DNA of 64,000 bases from Tritrichomonas foetus (lineage: Eukaryota). Below are positions 32,099-44,900 of the stretch, piece by piece. The DNA is taken from NCBI GenBank assembly GCA_041260205.1, contig CM083805.1:496001-560000 (forward strand), read 5' to 3'. Each line of letters begins with the position of its first letter. The first letter of the stretch is position 1. The position numbers and the translations under genes were made by a program. Under the pieces are notes generated by a model. That model was not told where the DNA came from. It worked only from the letters and a program-made list of their open reading frames with translations, and ran no database searches.

Positions 32099-32811
32099 TA
32101 CATATTAACAAAAATACAAATGTTATTCAGAGAAGTTTAACCATCATATTTTAAAATCTCTGAATTGACCAATATTTCTGCAACTTTTAAAACTATAATG
32201 ATTATTTATAGAAAATACATTCCAATGGAAATGACTTTAATCAAAACTTTTTTAAAAAAGAAAACACCTTGGTATATAAGATAATTATCCATAATTTGAG
32301 GATAATATCATATGTCCACTATATTTTTTTAAAAAATTATCCACAAACTTCTGAGTTTTTTAGATATTATAGCCCTTTATAATATACAATCGCAATCATG
32401 TTTTATGTGGTTAAAAAAAATATCATTAATCAACCTTTCCACTTTTTGAAAGAAGTAAAAATTCTTGTGAAAAATTTATTTAGAATTTTATCTTTCAGTC
32501 ATTAATAGAAATATTATGTCAACAAAAAGAACCTTAATAAATGAAAGAAAGAAATATTATGTCAAAAAAATAAAAAATAAATAATAAGCAAATGATAAAG
32601 AATATAGTCACAATCAAAATGAATGATGACGTTTTTGTTTTGGTCTCATACAAAATTAATCATGATTCACATTGAGTATTTAATTAAAGAACAAATTTTC
32701 AATTCAATCATATTAAAATATAGTAAATTTATTAAAATAAAGGAAATTCAGACAAATTTTTGAATTGTCTTTTAAGTGGCAGTTTAAAAAACACCTATTC
32801 TTGAAAAGTTC

Positions 32812-33276
32812 ATGAACAACCTCAGTAAGCGAAACTGGAACAGCAAAAAACATATTGCACGCCTTGTTTATTTCAATCCAAATAAAATCTACGCACTTGA
32901 CTACAAGTTAGATAGAGATGGAAATGGGATCAATGACATAATTTCCAGAGAAACATCAAAAACAGCTCGTATATTAAAAAATAAGCTCAATCGTATGAAA
33001 AGTAAAATTGGTTCTTGCAATTTTATTTCCAAATTAATTGAGGAATATGAGAAAAGCAAAGAAATAATAAAGGCAGATAATCTAGGTACTGAAGACATAA
33101 TAACTGGTGAAAGTTCATTTGAATCTCCACATCTAGATAGTAGTGATCTATTAGTTGATGATTTTTCACTGGATTCAATAAAATGGAACGATCATTCCTT
33201 TGATGATGAATTCTTCGAGGATAGATCTTTTTGCTTCAATCAATCAATTTTCAAACAATCAAAGAGGGACCCATAA
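32812..33276 (+). CDS. Hypothetical protein (basic N-terminus, acidic/Phe-rich C-terminus)
   Basis: 154-aa ATG ORF with coding-like composition; no family recognised. Confidence 0.6.
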   Translation: MNNLSKRNWNSKKHIARLVYFNPNKIYALDYKLDRDGNGINDIISRETSKTARILKNKLNRMKSKIGSCNFISKLIEEYEKSKEIIKADNLGTEDIITGESSFESPHLDSSDLLVDDFSLDSIKWNDHSFDDEFFEDRSFCFNQSIFKQSKRDP

Positions 33277-33372
33277 GATACTAAGACATAATGAACCTGT
33301 TATTTAATAATCAAACATTTGGAAATTTAAGACTATTAGTCTGATATAACATATGAAATAATAAAGCTTGAT

Positions 33373-33376
33373 TATT

Positions 33377-33414
<38 letters not shown>

Positions 33415-33711
33415 CCAGACTAGTTTTCTTGATTTATTGGGAAATCAACAAAAGAAATTGTAGAACTAATTGACATATGATATATATTTTCATTCTTCTT
33501 TATAATCCTAACATTGCGTAAGTTGACTGAAAAAATTTGCTTTGAGATTTTGCAAATTGAAAACTCTATTAGTTCTTAAAATGAAAAGTATGTCAAATTT
33601 TTGTTTGAAAAAAGTTTATGACTAATCTACATATTTTGCATTATCTATTAGTTTTTTGGTCATGTAGATATGCGGATTCTATTCCATATCTATAATTATG
33701 AAATGGTTCTG

Positions 33712-33768
<57 letters not shown>

Positions 33769-33772
33769 AATA
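33373..33772. repeat. Poly(T)34 and poly(A)55 tracts in inverted orientation around ~300 bp
   Basis: T at 33381-33414, A at 33712-33766; the flanks are also roughly complementary. Confidence 0.7.
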
Positions 33773-35025
33773 CAGTATTTTTGTTGCCACTTTGTGATTA
33801 GGTTGAGAGATTCTCTCTGAAAAAGTTGACATCAAGGAAAGGAAAAGTCAAAAAAGAGATTATTGAAATCATATACTTTCTGCATCTGATCCAATTAAAT
33901 ATATTGATAATCATAGAAAGAAAACAGAAGTTGTGAAATATCAACAACATTAGAGATGCAAAAAGAACAAAACAAGTTGTGATGCAATTGATTCCCACAA
34001 TGATGTATTGTTGAAAAATGCTGATCATTTTGATGATAATAATAGCATAATAATAACATAAATCAAGATTGAAAATTACGGATTGATAATTGTTCCAAAG
34101 TAAAGTACTTTCCCAACTTTTTCTTGTGTAAGTCTTTCCCAAATGAAAACAATTCATTTAACAATGAAGAAACTGTATTATTTTGTGATTCTGAAAAATA
34201 ATGGTAGAGACGCAAGATGGAACCTTAAATAGAAATAATAATATTATAAAATTAAGTATTTAATTCAATTATTTAAAAGTCAATGAGATCAAATTTTAAA
34301 ATAGGTTTTGATAATAACGAGAAATCAGGTAATTTTATTGTGTATATTGATATTGATATGCTGGATCAATTTTTAAATATACGAATTATATAAAACTGGA
34401 ATATTCAATAAACTTTAAAGTTTGTTTGGAAGATACATGGAGAGAACAAAAATCTAGAAATAATTCAGCAAAAAAATAAATTTCCAAAAAGTAAAGTAAT
34501 ATATGAATAAAAGCAGTGAACGGAAATATAGATATTGTTCTCTATTTGTATTTCTTCATAAATTCAAGAAGATAACTTTAAAAGCATGAAAGTAAAGTTC
34601 CAATATTTTGTAAGATTCAGAAAAATCTAAACATGCTTTGAGAAAGTGCACAGATTATATAATTTATTGTTTGAAAAATGAATGGGAAGTTTTTATCTTT
34701 ATTTATTAATAAAACAATAAAGTTTACACAAATGTGGAATGATGAAAAAAGAAAAAACTTTTGCTTTTTGGAACAAATTGGTACAGCTAAAAAATATTTC
34801 ATATAATATTCCATTTTAAAATTTTCATTGTGTTGTTCCAATTTAAAATGCTGCTTGATTTATTTGGATAATTGTAATTAAAAATTGGTTATCATGGAAT
34901 GAACAGAATCTTCATTTCTGACTGTTAAAAAGAAAAAATGACAAATCTGGCCAAAAAAACTATGAAAAAGTTGGTCACAAAAACTCGTTGTATACGTTTA
35001 ATATTTTTATCTTCAAGAAAATTTC

Positions 35026-37191
35026 ATGTCTTCAACTCGTTTGACATCATCTAGAGGCCGTCCACCCACTTCTTCGAGACCAATATCATCACGCAAAGGT
35101 GCAGGATATAGTAATGGAGGTCTTCAAACATCAGGTGGAAAGAAAGTTATTTCTCCTTTAGAACATATCGCCGATTCCTTCTCACAATTTATCAAAGACA
35201 CCAAAGACTCGCCCGAAAATAAAATCAAAGCATTTAAGACGAACATTTCCAAAGCAATTCAAGAATCATCAAATTTAATTTCCCAAGATAATCCACAGCA
35301 AGCGCTCACAAAGGCCAAAGAAGCTGAAACAGAAATGAAGAGTTTACAAGACTTTATCACACAGAAAAATATTGAAGAAGTTGATTTCAAAAGTGTCAAA
35401 TATAATGTATTAATGCAATTAGCAAATGCTTATAAAGCAAACTCTATGTACGATGATGCTCTACTTAGATATCAGCGACTCTTAAAAGATCGTGAATTTC
35501 CACATCCGCAAATTGCATACTTGGAAATAGGAAACATCAACATGGAGCAGAAGAAATTTGAAGATGCGATTAAAAATTATGAAATGGGAATTAATCACTT
35601 AAAGCCAGATACAAATTCATTAATTGCACGGTTCAATCAGAACTGTGGAATTGCTCAAATACAAATGGGTGATTATCATAAAGCACTCTCATCATTTGAA
35701 ACAGCAATGAGACAAAGTCCTTCAATTAAAACAGGATATAATTTGGTTCTCTGTCATTCCGTTTTATCTTCAGTTGATGAATTAAAAGAAGCTTATACAA
35801 GAATGCTTGCTGTTAAACCATTGAGTTCAATTTCAGATATGAATGAATCTGACATTTTAGGTAATCAGCTTCACATTGAAAGAAGAGAACAAGTGAGATT
35901 AGTTATGTTAGCATCTAGATTAGTTGCCTCAAAAACAACCAAAAATGAATTTGGGGTAAGCAATTGGCAAGAAATGTATGAGTTTGTTTTTCAACAATTA
36001 AAGAAATCTAAATATCCTGAAGCTGCTGGTGAGTTTGAAATTGCTTATTCTTTAGCATATTTGAATCATAAGAATGCTAATAAAGCAATTGAAATGCTCA
36101 GACAAATAAGAAAGAAGGACCCACAACTTATGGCTCTAGCTGCAACCAATCTTTCTTTCTTATATTATCTTGAACAAGATTATGATAATGCAGATAAGTA
36201 TGCAAATATTGCTTTAGAACATGATAAATATAATGCACAAGCGCTCGTTAATAAAGGTAACTGTTTAATGCAACAAGGTCATGAAGAAGAAGCACGTGAT
36301 TCATATTTGGAAGCAATCGGTGTTGAAGCAGATTGTGTTGAGGCTTTATTTAATCTTGGTCTTGTTAGCAAATTAATCGGAGCTTATGATGAAGCAATTC
36401 AAGTATTAGAAAAATTAAACAGAATTATTCCAAAATGTCCTGAAGTTATCTTTGAATTAAGTGATTGTTATGATAAAATAGGATTGGTTTCAAATGCCAT
36501 TGATTGGTTACATAGATTAATTAACATCTTACCAACTGATCCTGCAGTTTGGAGACGCCTTGGATCAATGTGGGATCGAGATGGCAATCAAACACAAGCA
36601 TTCCAATGTTACTCAGAAAGCTTTAAATATTGTCCATCTGATATAGAAGTTATTTCTTGGTTAGGTTCATACTTCATGCATAATCACATGTATGATAATG
36701 CACTAAACTTCTTCCAGAGAGCTGCAGCACTTGCACCAAAAGAACCACGTTATCCATTAATGGTTGCATCGTGCTATCGAAGTATGGACTGTAAACAGGA
36801 AGCATTAGATGTATATGAACGTGTAATTCAAATGGATCCAATGAATAAGCAATGTTTGGAACATTTAATTAAATTAACAACAGAAATGGGAATAACTGCT
36901 AAAGCTGATTATTATCAACAATTGCATGCAGAATTATTGGAGAGGATTCAAGAAATGCAACAAGAGGAACAACAAAGAAAATATGAAGAAGCAGAACCTG
37001 AAGATTTAGCATCAAAGCCACTTGGACTCACATCAACTACTGTAAATAATCCAATGAATTTCACTCGAGAAAAAGTTGATGCTCCTTCACTCAAAGTCAA
37101 CCAAACAGGTCATAATGTTACAACTGCTGTTGCAGGTGATGGGAAAGATGATATTTGGGGCGACATGGATGATATTGATATCGACTTATAA
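35026..37191 (+). CDS. IFT88: Intraflagellar transport protein 88 (TPR protein)
   Basis: AATNLSFLYYLE, ALVNKGN, EAIGVEADCVEALFNLGL, ISWLGSYF and LMVASCYR match IFT88-family motifs; acidic W-containing C-terminus. Confidence 0.9.
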   Translation: MSSTRLTSSRGRPPTSSRPISSRKGAGYSNGGLQTSGGKKVISPLEHIADSFSQFIKDTKDSPENKIKAFKTNISKAIQESSNLISQDNPQQALTKAKEAETEMKSLQDFITQKNIEEVDFKSVKYNVLMQLANAYKANSMYDDALLRYQRLLKDREFPHPQIAYLEIGNINMEQKKFEDAIKNYEMGINHLKPDTNSLIARFNQNCGIAQIQMGDYHKALSSFETAMRQSPSIKTGYNLVLCHSVLSSVDELKEAYTRMLAVKPLSSISDMNESDILGNQLHIERREQVRLVMLASRLVASKTTKNEFGVSNWQEMYEFVFQQLKKSKYPEAAGEFEIAYSLAYLNHKNANKAIEMLRQIRKKDPQLMALAATNLSFLYYLEQDYDNADKYANIALEHDKYNAQALVNKGNCLMQQGHEEEARDSYLEAIGVEADCVEALFNLGLVSKLIGAYDEAIQVLEKLNRIIPKCPEVIFELSDCYDKIGLVSNAIDWLHRLINILPTDPAVWRRLGSMWDRDGNQTQAFQCYSESFKYCPSDIEVISWLGSYFMHNHMYDNALNFFQRAAALAPKEPRYPLMVASCYRSMDCKQEALDVYERVIQMDPMNKQCLEHLIKLTTEMGITAKADYYQQLHAELLERIQEMQQEEQQRKYEEAEPEDLASKPLGLTSTTVNNPMNFTREKVDAPSLKVNQTGHNVTTAVAGDGKDDIWGDMDDIDIDL

Positions 37192-38845
37192 AAAAAAGTT
37201 TTGTTTTTCTTAAAAGAAAATATTTTCAACTATATAACTATCCTTTATTCATACTTTTTGAATTTCATTCTAAAAGAATGTTCAAATAAGCATCTCTGTT
37301 AAGAATTTTGGGTGATGTCGAATGAGTGCAAAACACGAGATTAGATTTGAGATAGTTAATTGATGGTTTTTTCGCTCGATTATTGTCACAATAGATATGC
37401 AGTATGTTCAAAGTAGTTACTATAAGTATCAACTAAGCTTTCAAGATATCAAGATAGAATTAAATTAATACCAAAGAAATTTGATCATGAATCTAAATTT
37501 TGAAGAGTTAAAAATGAACATGATAAAAAGAAAAAGCTAGAGATTAAAATGGTGCCTAATTTTTAAAGAAATTATTGACAAAATTTCATTTTATTCGAAA
37601 TTCGAAGAATTTTTGCATATTGACTCAATTTTATTTCTTTTTCATTTTACATATGGTTTATGAGCCTATATTTTAAGTAGTGTAAGCCAATATAAGATTT
37701 TGATTCATTAATGAAGAGCTTTTGACCAAATATGCTCAGTAAAAGTTTGATCAAAATATATTTCAAATTAAATTCGAAGACTCTCGTTTTATCGGAGACA
37801 GAATCATCGATAACTATTCTTGACTTGTTTTCATGAATTATTACATTTAAAAATTTTCATCCAGTTACATACAAATCAATCAACGAGCAGCCAAAAAACA
37901 CGAAATTGATTTGACTTCATATAAATGAAACCAATTTTATTGCACATGATTGATAAAAATGTATTGTATTCAATATTTTGGTTTCATATACGAAATGCGA
38001 TAAGAAGATTGAGATAGCCAATACCAAAAGAAAAAAATATTTTGAATAAATGTTTTTGAAAGGATAAACAAAAAATCATATAGAAATGCTTGACTTTTTC
38101 GATTATATATTTCAGATATTTGAGAATAGAATGAATAATCAATAGAAATTAGATGACAATTCCTGTATCGTGAAATAAGTTGCACATGAATTAATAGAAT
38201 ATATCTTCTAAAAACTATCTAAATGAAATTTCATTTTCTGAAAAAAAAATTCAAACGATAGATTTATAATTTATGAATAACTCATTAAATATTGAATAAA
38301 AATATTTATATTAGATTTTTTCATTTCTAAAATATAATAGTTAAAAGTAATATTAATTTAAAGTTTTATAATTTTAAGCAAACCAGAATATATATATGAT
38401 TTAGTAGGTGAGGTGGATTTTATTCATTCAATTGATTCAATATCGTTTCTTATCAATATGGTGAAACTATACCTTAAATAAAACGGTTATAATATAGACC
38501 AACTCAACCTTTTTAATTTTTTTCAGAATATTTCTAAAATCATTCAATCATAAAATTTTGTTTAATTTCTATTTTTCTGAGTATTAAAAGAATATTCTCA
38601 ATATCAATTTACAACTAAAAATATTTACTATATTTTTTATCTTTTAAAATTATTTAAAATATGATTACTATCTTTATGATCCTACGATAAATCTGATTTT
38701 TAAATTTTAAACAAAATTCGAAATTCAATACTTCTCAAATATTAAAAGCAAGATGAACTTTTTGATATATCTTATTGAAATTCTTTCAATGTCACTTCAC
38801 AATTCCTCAGAAATGTTACACAGAAAAAAATATTTTATTTAATAA

Positions 38846-40003
38846 ATGGGCGCCGACCTCTCCAATTCCGCCTATGCAGGAGTTGCAGTTAACGAAGTTG
38901 CCGTGCCAGTAAACTACTCCTTAATGAGTGACGAACATCTCATCGCCGAAGTTCTCGATGAACATGCGCCATTGAAGCCGAAAAATCTTTTCAATCCGCC
39001 ATTTCATGGAGAATGGTCGGTCTACCTACCGAATATGAAATCACCGCGTGCTCGAACAGGTCATTTTACAATCACAGATGAAGAAAATCAATATTCTTAT
39101 ATTGGATACGGAACCGCTAACAATGGTGAAACTTTAGGTGATTTATGGAGGTTAGATTTGACCAGTCTAACATGGAAAGAGGTCAAATTGCATAATGCGA
39201 ATCCCAAAAATGGATGTCGTGGCGTTTTATATAATCGAAAAATCATTCTCTTCGGCGGCTTTATAAACAACTCGTATTCAAACGATCTCCAAGCAATAGA
39301 TATCGATACCGGAAGCGTCGTTTTGATCGACCAAACAGGCGATATTCCAGAAGCCCGATCAACGCCTTTGGTTGGGCTCCACGATCATAAAATATACATG
39401 TGGGGCGGCTACAACGGTAATTGGCCGAACTCGATCCATGTCCTCGATCTCAAAAATATGAATTGGCAAACTTATCATCAGCACGAAAAGGGTCGAACAA
39501 GCGTCCCCTCAATCGTCAGCAAAGGCAGAATACTCAGCTACGGAGGCTCGCACGCGAGCGGATTATTCACATTGGATATGAATCTCTCCCCGCCTGAAAC
39601 GAAAATCTACCAAACTTTCGGGGTGTCCCCGCCGCCGGATGTCATGAGTGCCGGGATGATCAGAGTGAATGACTTTATCTTTTATTTTGGCGGGAAAGCA
39701 AAAGACAGCGACTGGACAATCCTCTACGCCCTGGACGTCCCCAAGAAGTGGTGGTTTGTCTTCCACGTCAGGCCGGATGGAGAAACGGTCAGCATAAGTG
39801 ACGGAAGCGTGTCTGAAAATGGGATATTCATGCTTCCGCGCATTCACTCGTTTGGTGCGGCTTATTCAAGCGCCCGCCGCGCGATTGTCGCCTTCTTGGG
39901 GTGGCCAGCCGTTGAGCCGCCGTCTCTCTTCATGATCAAAATTGGAGAGGCATTAAGCTGTATCAACATGCGGTCAGACATGTGTCAAATGCTTAAACTG
40001 TAG
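38846..40003 (+). CDS. Kelch-repeat protein with predicted N-myristoylation
   Basis: PRARTGH, IILFGG, IYMWGG, ILSYGG, IFYFGG repeats; N-terminus MGADLS fits MGxxxS. Confidence 0.88.
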   Translation: MGADLSNSAYAGVAVNEVAVPVNYSLMSDEHLIAEVLDEHAPLKPKNLFNPPFHGEWSVYLPNMKSPRARTGHFTITDEENQYSYIGYGTANNGETLGDLWRLDLTSLTWKEVKLHNANPKNGCRGVLYNRKIILFGGFINNSYSNDLQAIDIDTGSVVLIDQTGDIPEARSTPLVGLHDHKIYMWGGYNGNWPNSIHVLDLKNMNWQTYHQHEKGRTSVPSIVSKGRILSYGGSHASGLFTLDMNLSPPETKIYQTFGVSPPPDVMSAGMIRVNDFIFYFGGKAKDSDWTILYALDVPKKWWFVFHVRPDGETVSISDGSVSENGIFMLPRIHSFGAAYSSARRAIVAFLGWPAVEPPSLFMIKIGEALSCINMRSDMCQMLKL

Positions 40004-40732
40004 TTTCATATGTATTTTTTATTTTCCTCACGCAAACTATTCACGGTTTTAATCGGCAGATAAAGAAAGGAAATGTCATATTGCCTCCATTCATCTTTCC
40101 TTCTTTTCTTCTTTCCATCTTTGTAGTTTTGTAAAAGATTGTAATTGAACAGAAACGAATAATCACAATCTATAATACTTATAGATCATAGATTAATATA
40201 TTATAAATTAATGGATTAGGCTGTGTAGCAAAAAATGTGTTGTGCAAATGAAAGATTTTCATTTCACAAACATAATAGGATATCAAAATGCCCGAGATAT
40301 TGAAACAACATACATGAAGCCGATTACAGATATTAAACATTGTTTCAGAAAATCAAGTTTCTAGCACTCAGATTTTTCAGCAAATCTCTGAGTTGCCTGC
40401 AGATGAAGAAATTTAAAGATGAAAGACATTTTTGGTGATGCAACTCAAAAGATTCCTTTCTATATTGCTCAACTTAATATCCTCAAACAAAAAGTGATTA
40501 TTATTCAAGTGTTTATTAGGTGATGAATTGAAAAATTGCTTTTTGCCTCAAAACTTTTGGAAAAACGCCATTTTAGTGGGCAAAAGGGAATTTATTCTAA
40601 ATAAAAGTTATTTGAAAACACAATTCATTTTTTATAACGTCTCTTTAGTGATGCTAATCCAAAATCATCAAGAAACTTCTTCGTCCTTTTCCGATTATGA
40701 TTTGGGCGATCATTACAGTGTTCTAAAATTGA

Positions 40733-40758
40733 CCTTTATTTTGGCCTTTATTTTCACA
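40733..40758 (+). promoter_or_regulatory. Trichomonad-type core promoter: two CCTTT (M5-like) and an Inr-like TCACA
   Basis: CCTTT at 40733 and 40745, TCACA at 40754, ATG at 40769. Confidence 0.45.
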
Positions 40759-40768
40759 TTTTTTAATA

Positions 40769-41290
40769 ATGTCTATACAGCTCCCTAAAGCCACGTTTCC
40801 TGAACACTTGCAGCTTGTTCAGCAAGTTGGACGGCAGACTTTCATGGAAACTTTTTCTGATGACAACACTCCAGAAGACATGGAGAAATATCTGAAAGAA
40901 TCTTTCTCTGACGAAAAAGTCAGGAAGGAGCTTCAGAATAAAAATTCAATTATTCACCTTGCAACCGTTGGTGAAAACCCAGTCGGTTACATGAAGGTCA
41001 ATTTTGGTGAATCACAAACCGAGCGGGACTACCCGGGGTCCATGGAATTGGAGAGGCTGTACATCATAAAAAGCGCCAAGAGGCTGGGAATAGGCAGCAA
41101 GCTGATGAGTTTGGCCTTGGAATATGCAAAAGAAGCGAAAGTGCCCTTCGTTTGGCTTGGCGTGTGGGAGAAAAACTTTCCTGCCCAAAAATTCTATGAA
41201 AAACATGGATTTTCTGTTTGTGGATCCCATACATTTGTTCTTGGGAACGACCCGCAAACAGATTTCATAATGAAGAGAAAAATAGAATAA
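40769..41290 (+). CDS. paiA: GNAT acetyltransferase, PaiA-like (spermidine/spermine N1-acetyltransferase family)
   Basis: QTFMETFSDDNTPEDMEKYL, GYMKVN, ELERLYI, GIGSKLM, VWLGVWEKN..AQKFYEKHGF, HTFVLGNDPQTDFIM. Confidence 0.9.
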   Translation: MSIQLPKATFPEHLQLVQQVGRQTFMETFSDDNTPEDMEKYLKESFSDEKVRKELQNKNSIIHLATVGENPVGYMKVNFGESQTERDYPGSMELERLYIIKSAKRLGIGSKLMSLALEYAKEAKVPFVWLGVWEKNFPAQKFYEKHGFSVCGSHTFVLGNDPQTDFIMKRKIE

Positions 41291-41929
41291 TCATTCTTGA
41301 ATTAAAGATGGATTCATATTTAAATATAAGACGAATTGTGTATTGACCAAATATTCAATTTCTTAGTTTTTTTCGACTTATTCTAAACATAGAAACATTA
41401 CTGTACCTTAATTATGTTGTCAATTATATTCTTATCACATAAAAACGAATATTATAATTCTGAATAATGATTTTCTAAAGAAGAAATCTCAAATAAACTT
41501 TCTACAGAAGAAAATATGATGCCATTAGTTTTAAAGGAAGAAGACCTAACATATATTAAAAAAAATTATATCATGAAACTCGTCTTTAAAAGAACTAAAT
41601 GAAGTCGACTTATAAAAGATCGTAAATTGGAATGAAGCAAATACTATTCCATTTTACCACAAGAATATATTTTTGAGTTATTTTATTGATGTTATTGTTT
41701 AGTCCTAGGAAATTAACCGAGTTCCTATTGTTGCGTCTTGGTGAAGATGAAAAAGACTAGTATGATTAATTTAAATAATGGGTAGTATTGTTAAAATTTG
41801 ATGTATATATATATATAAATATAAAAGGAAAAGTCAAAACATGAAAGAAGTACCGAAAGAATTTTTTATATAAAAAATTATTTGTTAACATTAAATAAAA
41901 ATAAAAAGTATGTCGGAATGGAAAACATC

Positions 41930-44900
41930 TTAAAGCGATACTGAGACATCATATGGAACAAACGCAATGTGTCCATTCTCTTGTGAAACAATAAATGTTC
42001 TATGAAGATTATCATAAGTAACTTTAACTGTTGGAGAATCACATTTTCGTATAGTTGTGGGGTTTCCTGGACATAGCACTTCAATGAATCCAACTTGCCT
42101 GTCACTTGTTTCGAAAGCGACAAAGTCAAAACCGGCACGATTGGAAAATGGAAATAGTTTTTCAATTATGAATTTATATTCCTGTGTTAGAATATTTTCG
42201 CCATTTGCATTCAGCACAAATATTCGATCTCCACTCGATCCAACCACAAAGCCCCAGTTGGCTGTAATTACAATATTCGTAATATGATGTCCAAAATTCA
42301 CTTTAGAAAGTTCTTCATTTGTGAGTAAGTCATGAACATGAAGAAAGCCATCCAAGGTTGCAAATGCCACAGTTTTGAAGACTGAAGATGCTGCAATTGC
42401 AGTGACTTTTGATTCAGCATAACAAATCTTAGAAATGTTTTGATGCATATTTTGTATGTAATTTTGGCCAGCGTGGTGGGATTTTGTATTTTGAACATTT
42501 TGATGATTTTGGGCCGGCGATTGATTTTGTGCTTGATTTGCGAGAAGTTCTATGCTTTTAGTATTGAACACCATCTTGCAAATCAAGCATTCATCACGAC
42601 AGAAGATCAAAGTATCATCGAGTAAAGCAAATAAAGGATGTTCTGTGTAAAGAGGAATGTTTACAATCTTTGTTGGTGATACAAAGTAATGTAATGATGC
42701 TTGACGACGTGAATAAGCAATAATTTTATGATGTGAACTAAATATAGTGAGTGTTGGATCATCACAATCAATTTTTGTTGTATATTTCAGATTCAATTTT
42801 TGTGAATCTTCAATGGGTTCAGTCACACAAACATTTTTATTCTCAAAAATGATTAAAAAAGCAAGTTTTCCACTTGTAAGATAAGTGAGGACATATGAAA
42901 CATTTCTTCCTGTCTCAAAAACGAAATTAGGGAATTGTTGAAAGTGTGGATTCCTTGTAGGATGTGGCTTTGTAAATAATGTCAGATTTTGATTATCACG
43001 GCTTTTATTTGGTCCAAAAAGACGATTAATGAACCATGAAACATCAAGTGATTCTAGTTTCTTACGAGCAACATAAACAAACTCATATTTTGTCTTAGCC
43101 CAAGTTGGCAATGATGCAGGTTTGATAACTGATGAATCAAAGTAATATTCAGGAGCAACAACCAAATTTTCAACAAAAGATTCACGGAATTTTTGGTCGT
43201 TTAACGGAGAAACTGGAATAATGATATTTGTGAGACCATTCGGAACAACATTTGAATCGATTTTGTTGAAATCATGAATGACAGGTGGTAATGCCGGATA
43301 TATCGAAAGATTATGAAATGATCGTCCAGCAAACAAATTCAATTTTATCAAATAGTCGAAATTACTTAAGTTTCCATTGACCCATTCTTGTGTTAAAAGA
43401 CTAAGGTCAATTGGTTCGTCTTGGAAAACAACAGCTTCAGCAGAACTGAAGTGCATTGTTTTAAGAACAGCTGTTAAAGTTATGAATTCATTCTTTTGGA
43501 AAATAACTAGATAAGATTTTGCATTGTATAAAAAGAATTCATATCCATTGTCATTTCCAAATTTTCTTGGAAAGATAAACATGATCAAATCCAATGGAAT
43601 TACTTTATATTTTTCCATTTGATTGTTTCTATTCATTAATTTCTTTTTACTTGGACCTGTGGGTTCATTATTTTGCTTATTACCTTTCAATGGTTTTTGA
43701 ACAGAGCTGTTATTATTTGCAGCTGGATTTGGAGTATTGGCATTGGGACGAGGATTAGGACTAGAATTAGTGTTAGAAGGAAGTTTATTCGATGTTAATG
43801 AATTATTGAAAAGGAAAACAAGTTTGTCATTATACACAGAGAAAGTGCATTGTTTTCTTTTATCTTGTTTAATGATTAAGCATTTATATGAACCATGATT
43901 TGGTGTTCCTGTAAGTTTAGGATAAAGCCGTTTACCTTTAGTTTGTTTTTTACGTATACGGAAGGGACAATAAGATGCGCAATTAAGATTTGCACGATAC
44001 AAAGTGTTTGTTTTGTTTTGAGAGATTTTGGAAATTGTTTGACTGACTGTTTTAGTGTCATTTGAATCAATTTGATATAGTTTTTCAAGTTGTTTCTTAT
44101 TTTCCTTCTTTGCCTGATTTGTTTGTTCTTTAGCATTTGTTAAAAGTGATAATAAATCATTTTTAATTTTCACTAAGGATGTACAAATGTCATCAATTAC
44201 AGACTTTTTCAGGTTATCTAACACTTTTGTGAGATTTTGTGCCATGGAAAATTGTGTTTGTTGATCAAGAGAATTTCTATCAATAAAATATTGCATTAAT
44301 TTCTTATCGAATAGTGGTTTTTTAGGTGCTTCTAAGTTTTGATAAATGTCATAATAAAATTTATCAGCAACATTACCATCTTCATCTAAACTTACACGAC
44401 ATTGAAGATCAAATTCCAGGAAATCTCTCACTAAAATTCCTTCAAGCTCAAAAATATTGAATTTTATGAAATACATGGATGATTTTCTTTGTAACAAATG
44501 GTCATGGTAACTTGAATTGGAAAATAAATTTAGAAGTGGAATACTATGTAATGTTTGTGGAATATGTAAGAAGAAGAAAACAAAGCAATATTCTACAACA
44601 CTATCGGGAATTTCTACATTATTATTTGTATAAAATGAATGAATATGATGAAGAACTCGAACGATCATGTCATATTTAGGTATGAAGAATGACATTCTAA
44701 ACATCATAGTAAAAACTTGTTCAATATCAGCATTACCATCAGTTAATGTTAAACAGGTTGCTATATATTTACATAATATATCACAAAGATCTTCGGAAAC
44801 ATTTAACATTAAAATTATTGGCCAAATAAACCAGTAATTTTCATTAACAACTTTTAATAGAGTTGGTTTATCACTTTCAATATTATATTTAATGGCATTT

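Noticed and set aside
33798..34157. 119-aa hydrophobic minus-strand ORF
   Set aside because: No recognisable motifs; could be a decayed membrane-protein gene but cannot be supported.
40320..40520. Coding-like fragments with stops (possible pseudogene)
   Set aside because: No parent gene identifiable in the window.
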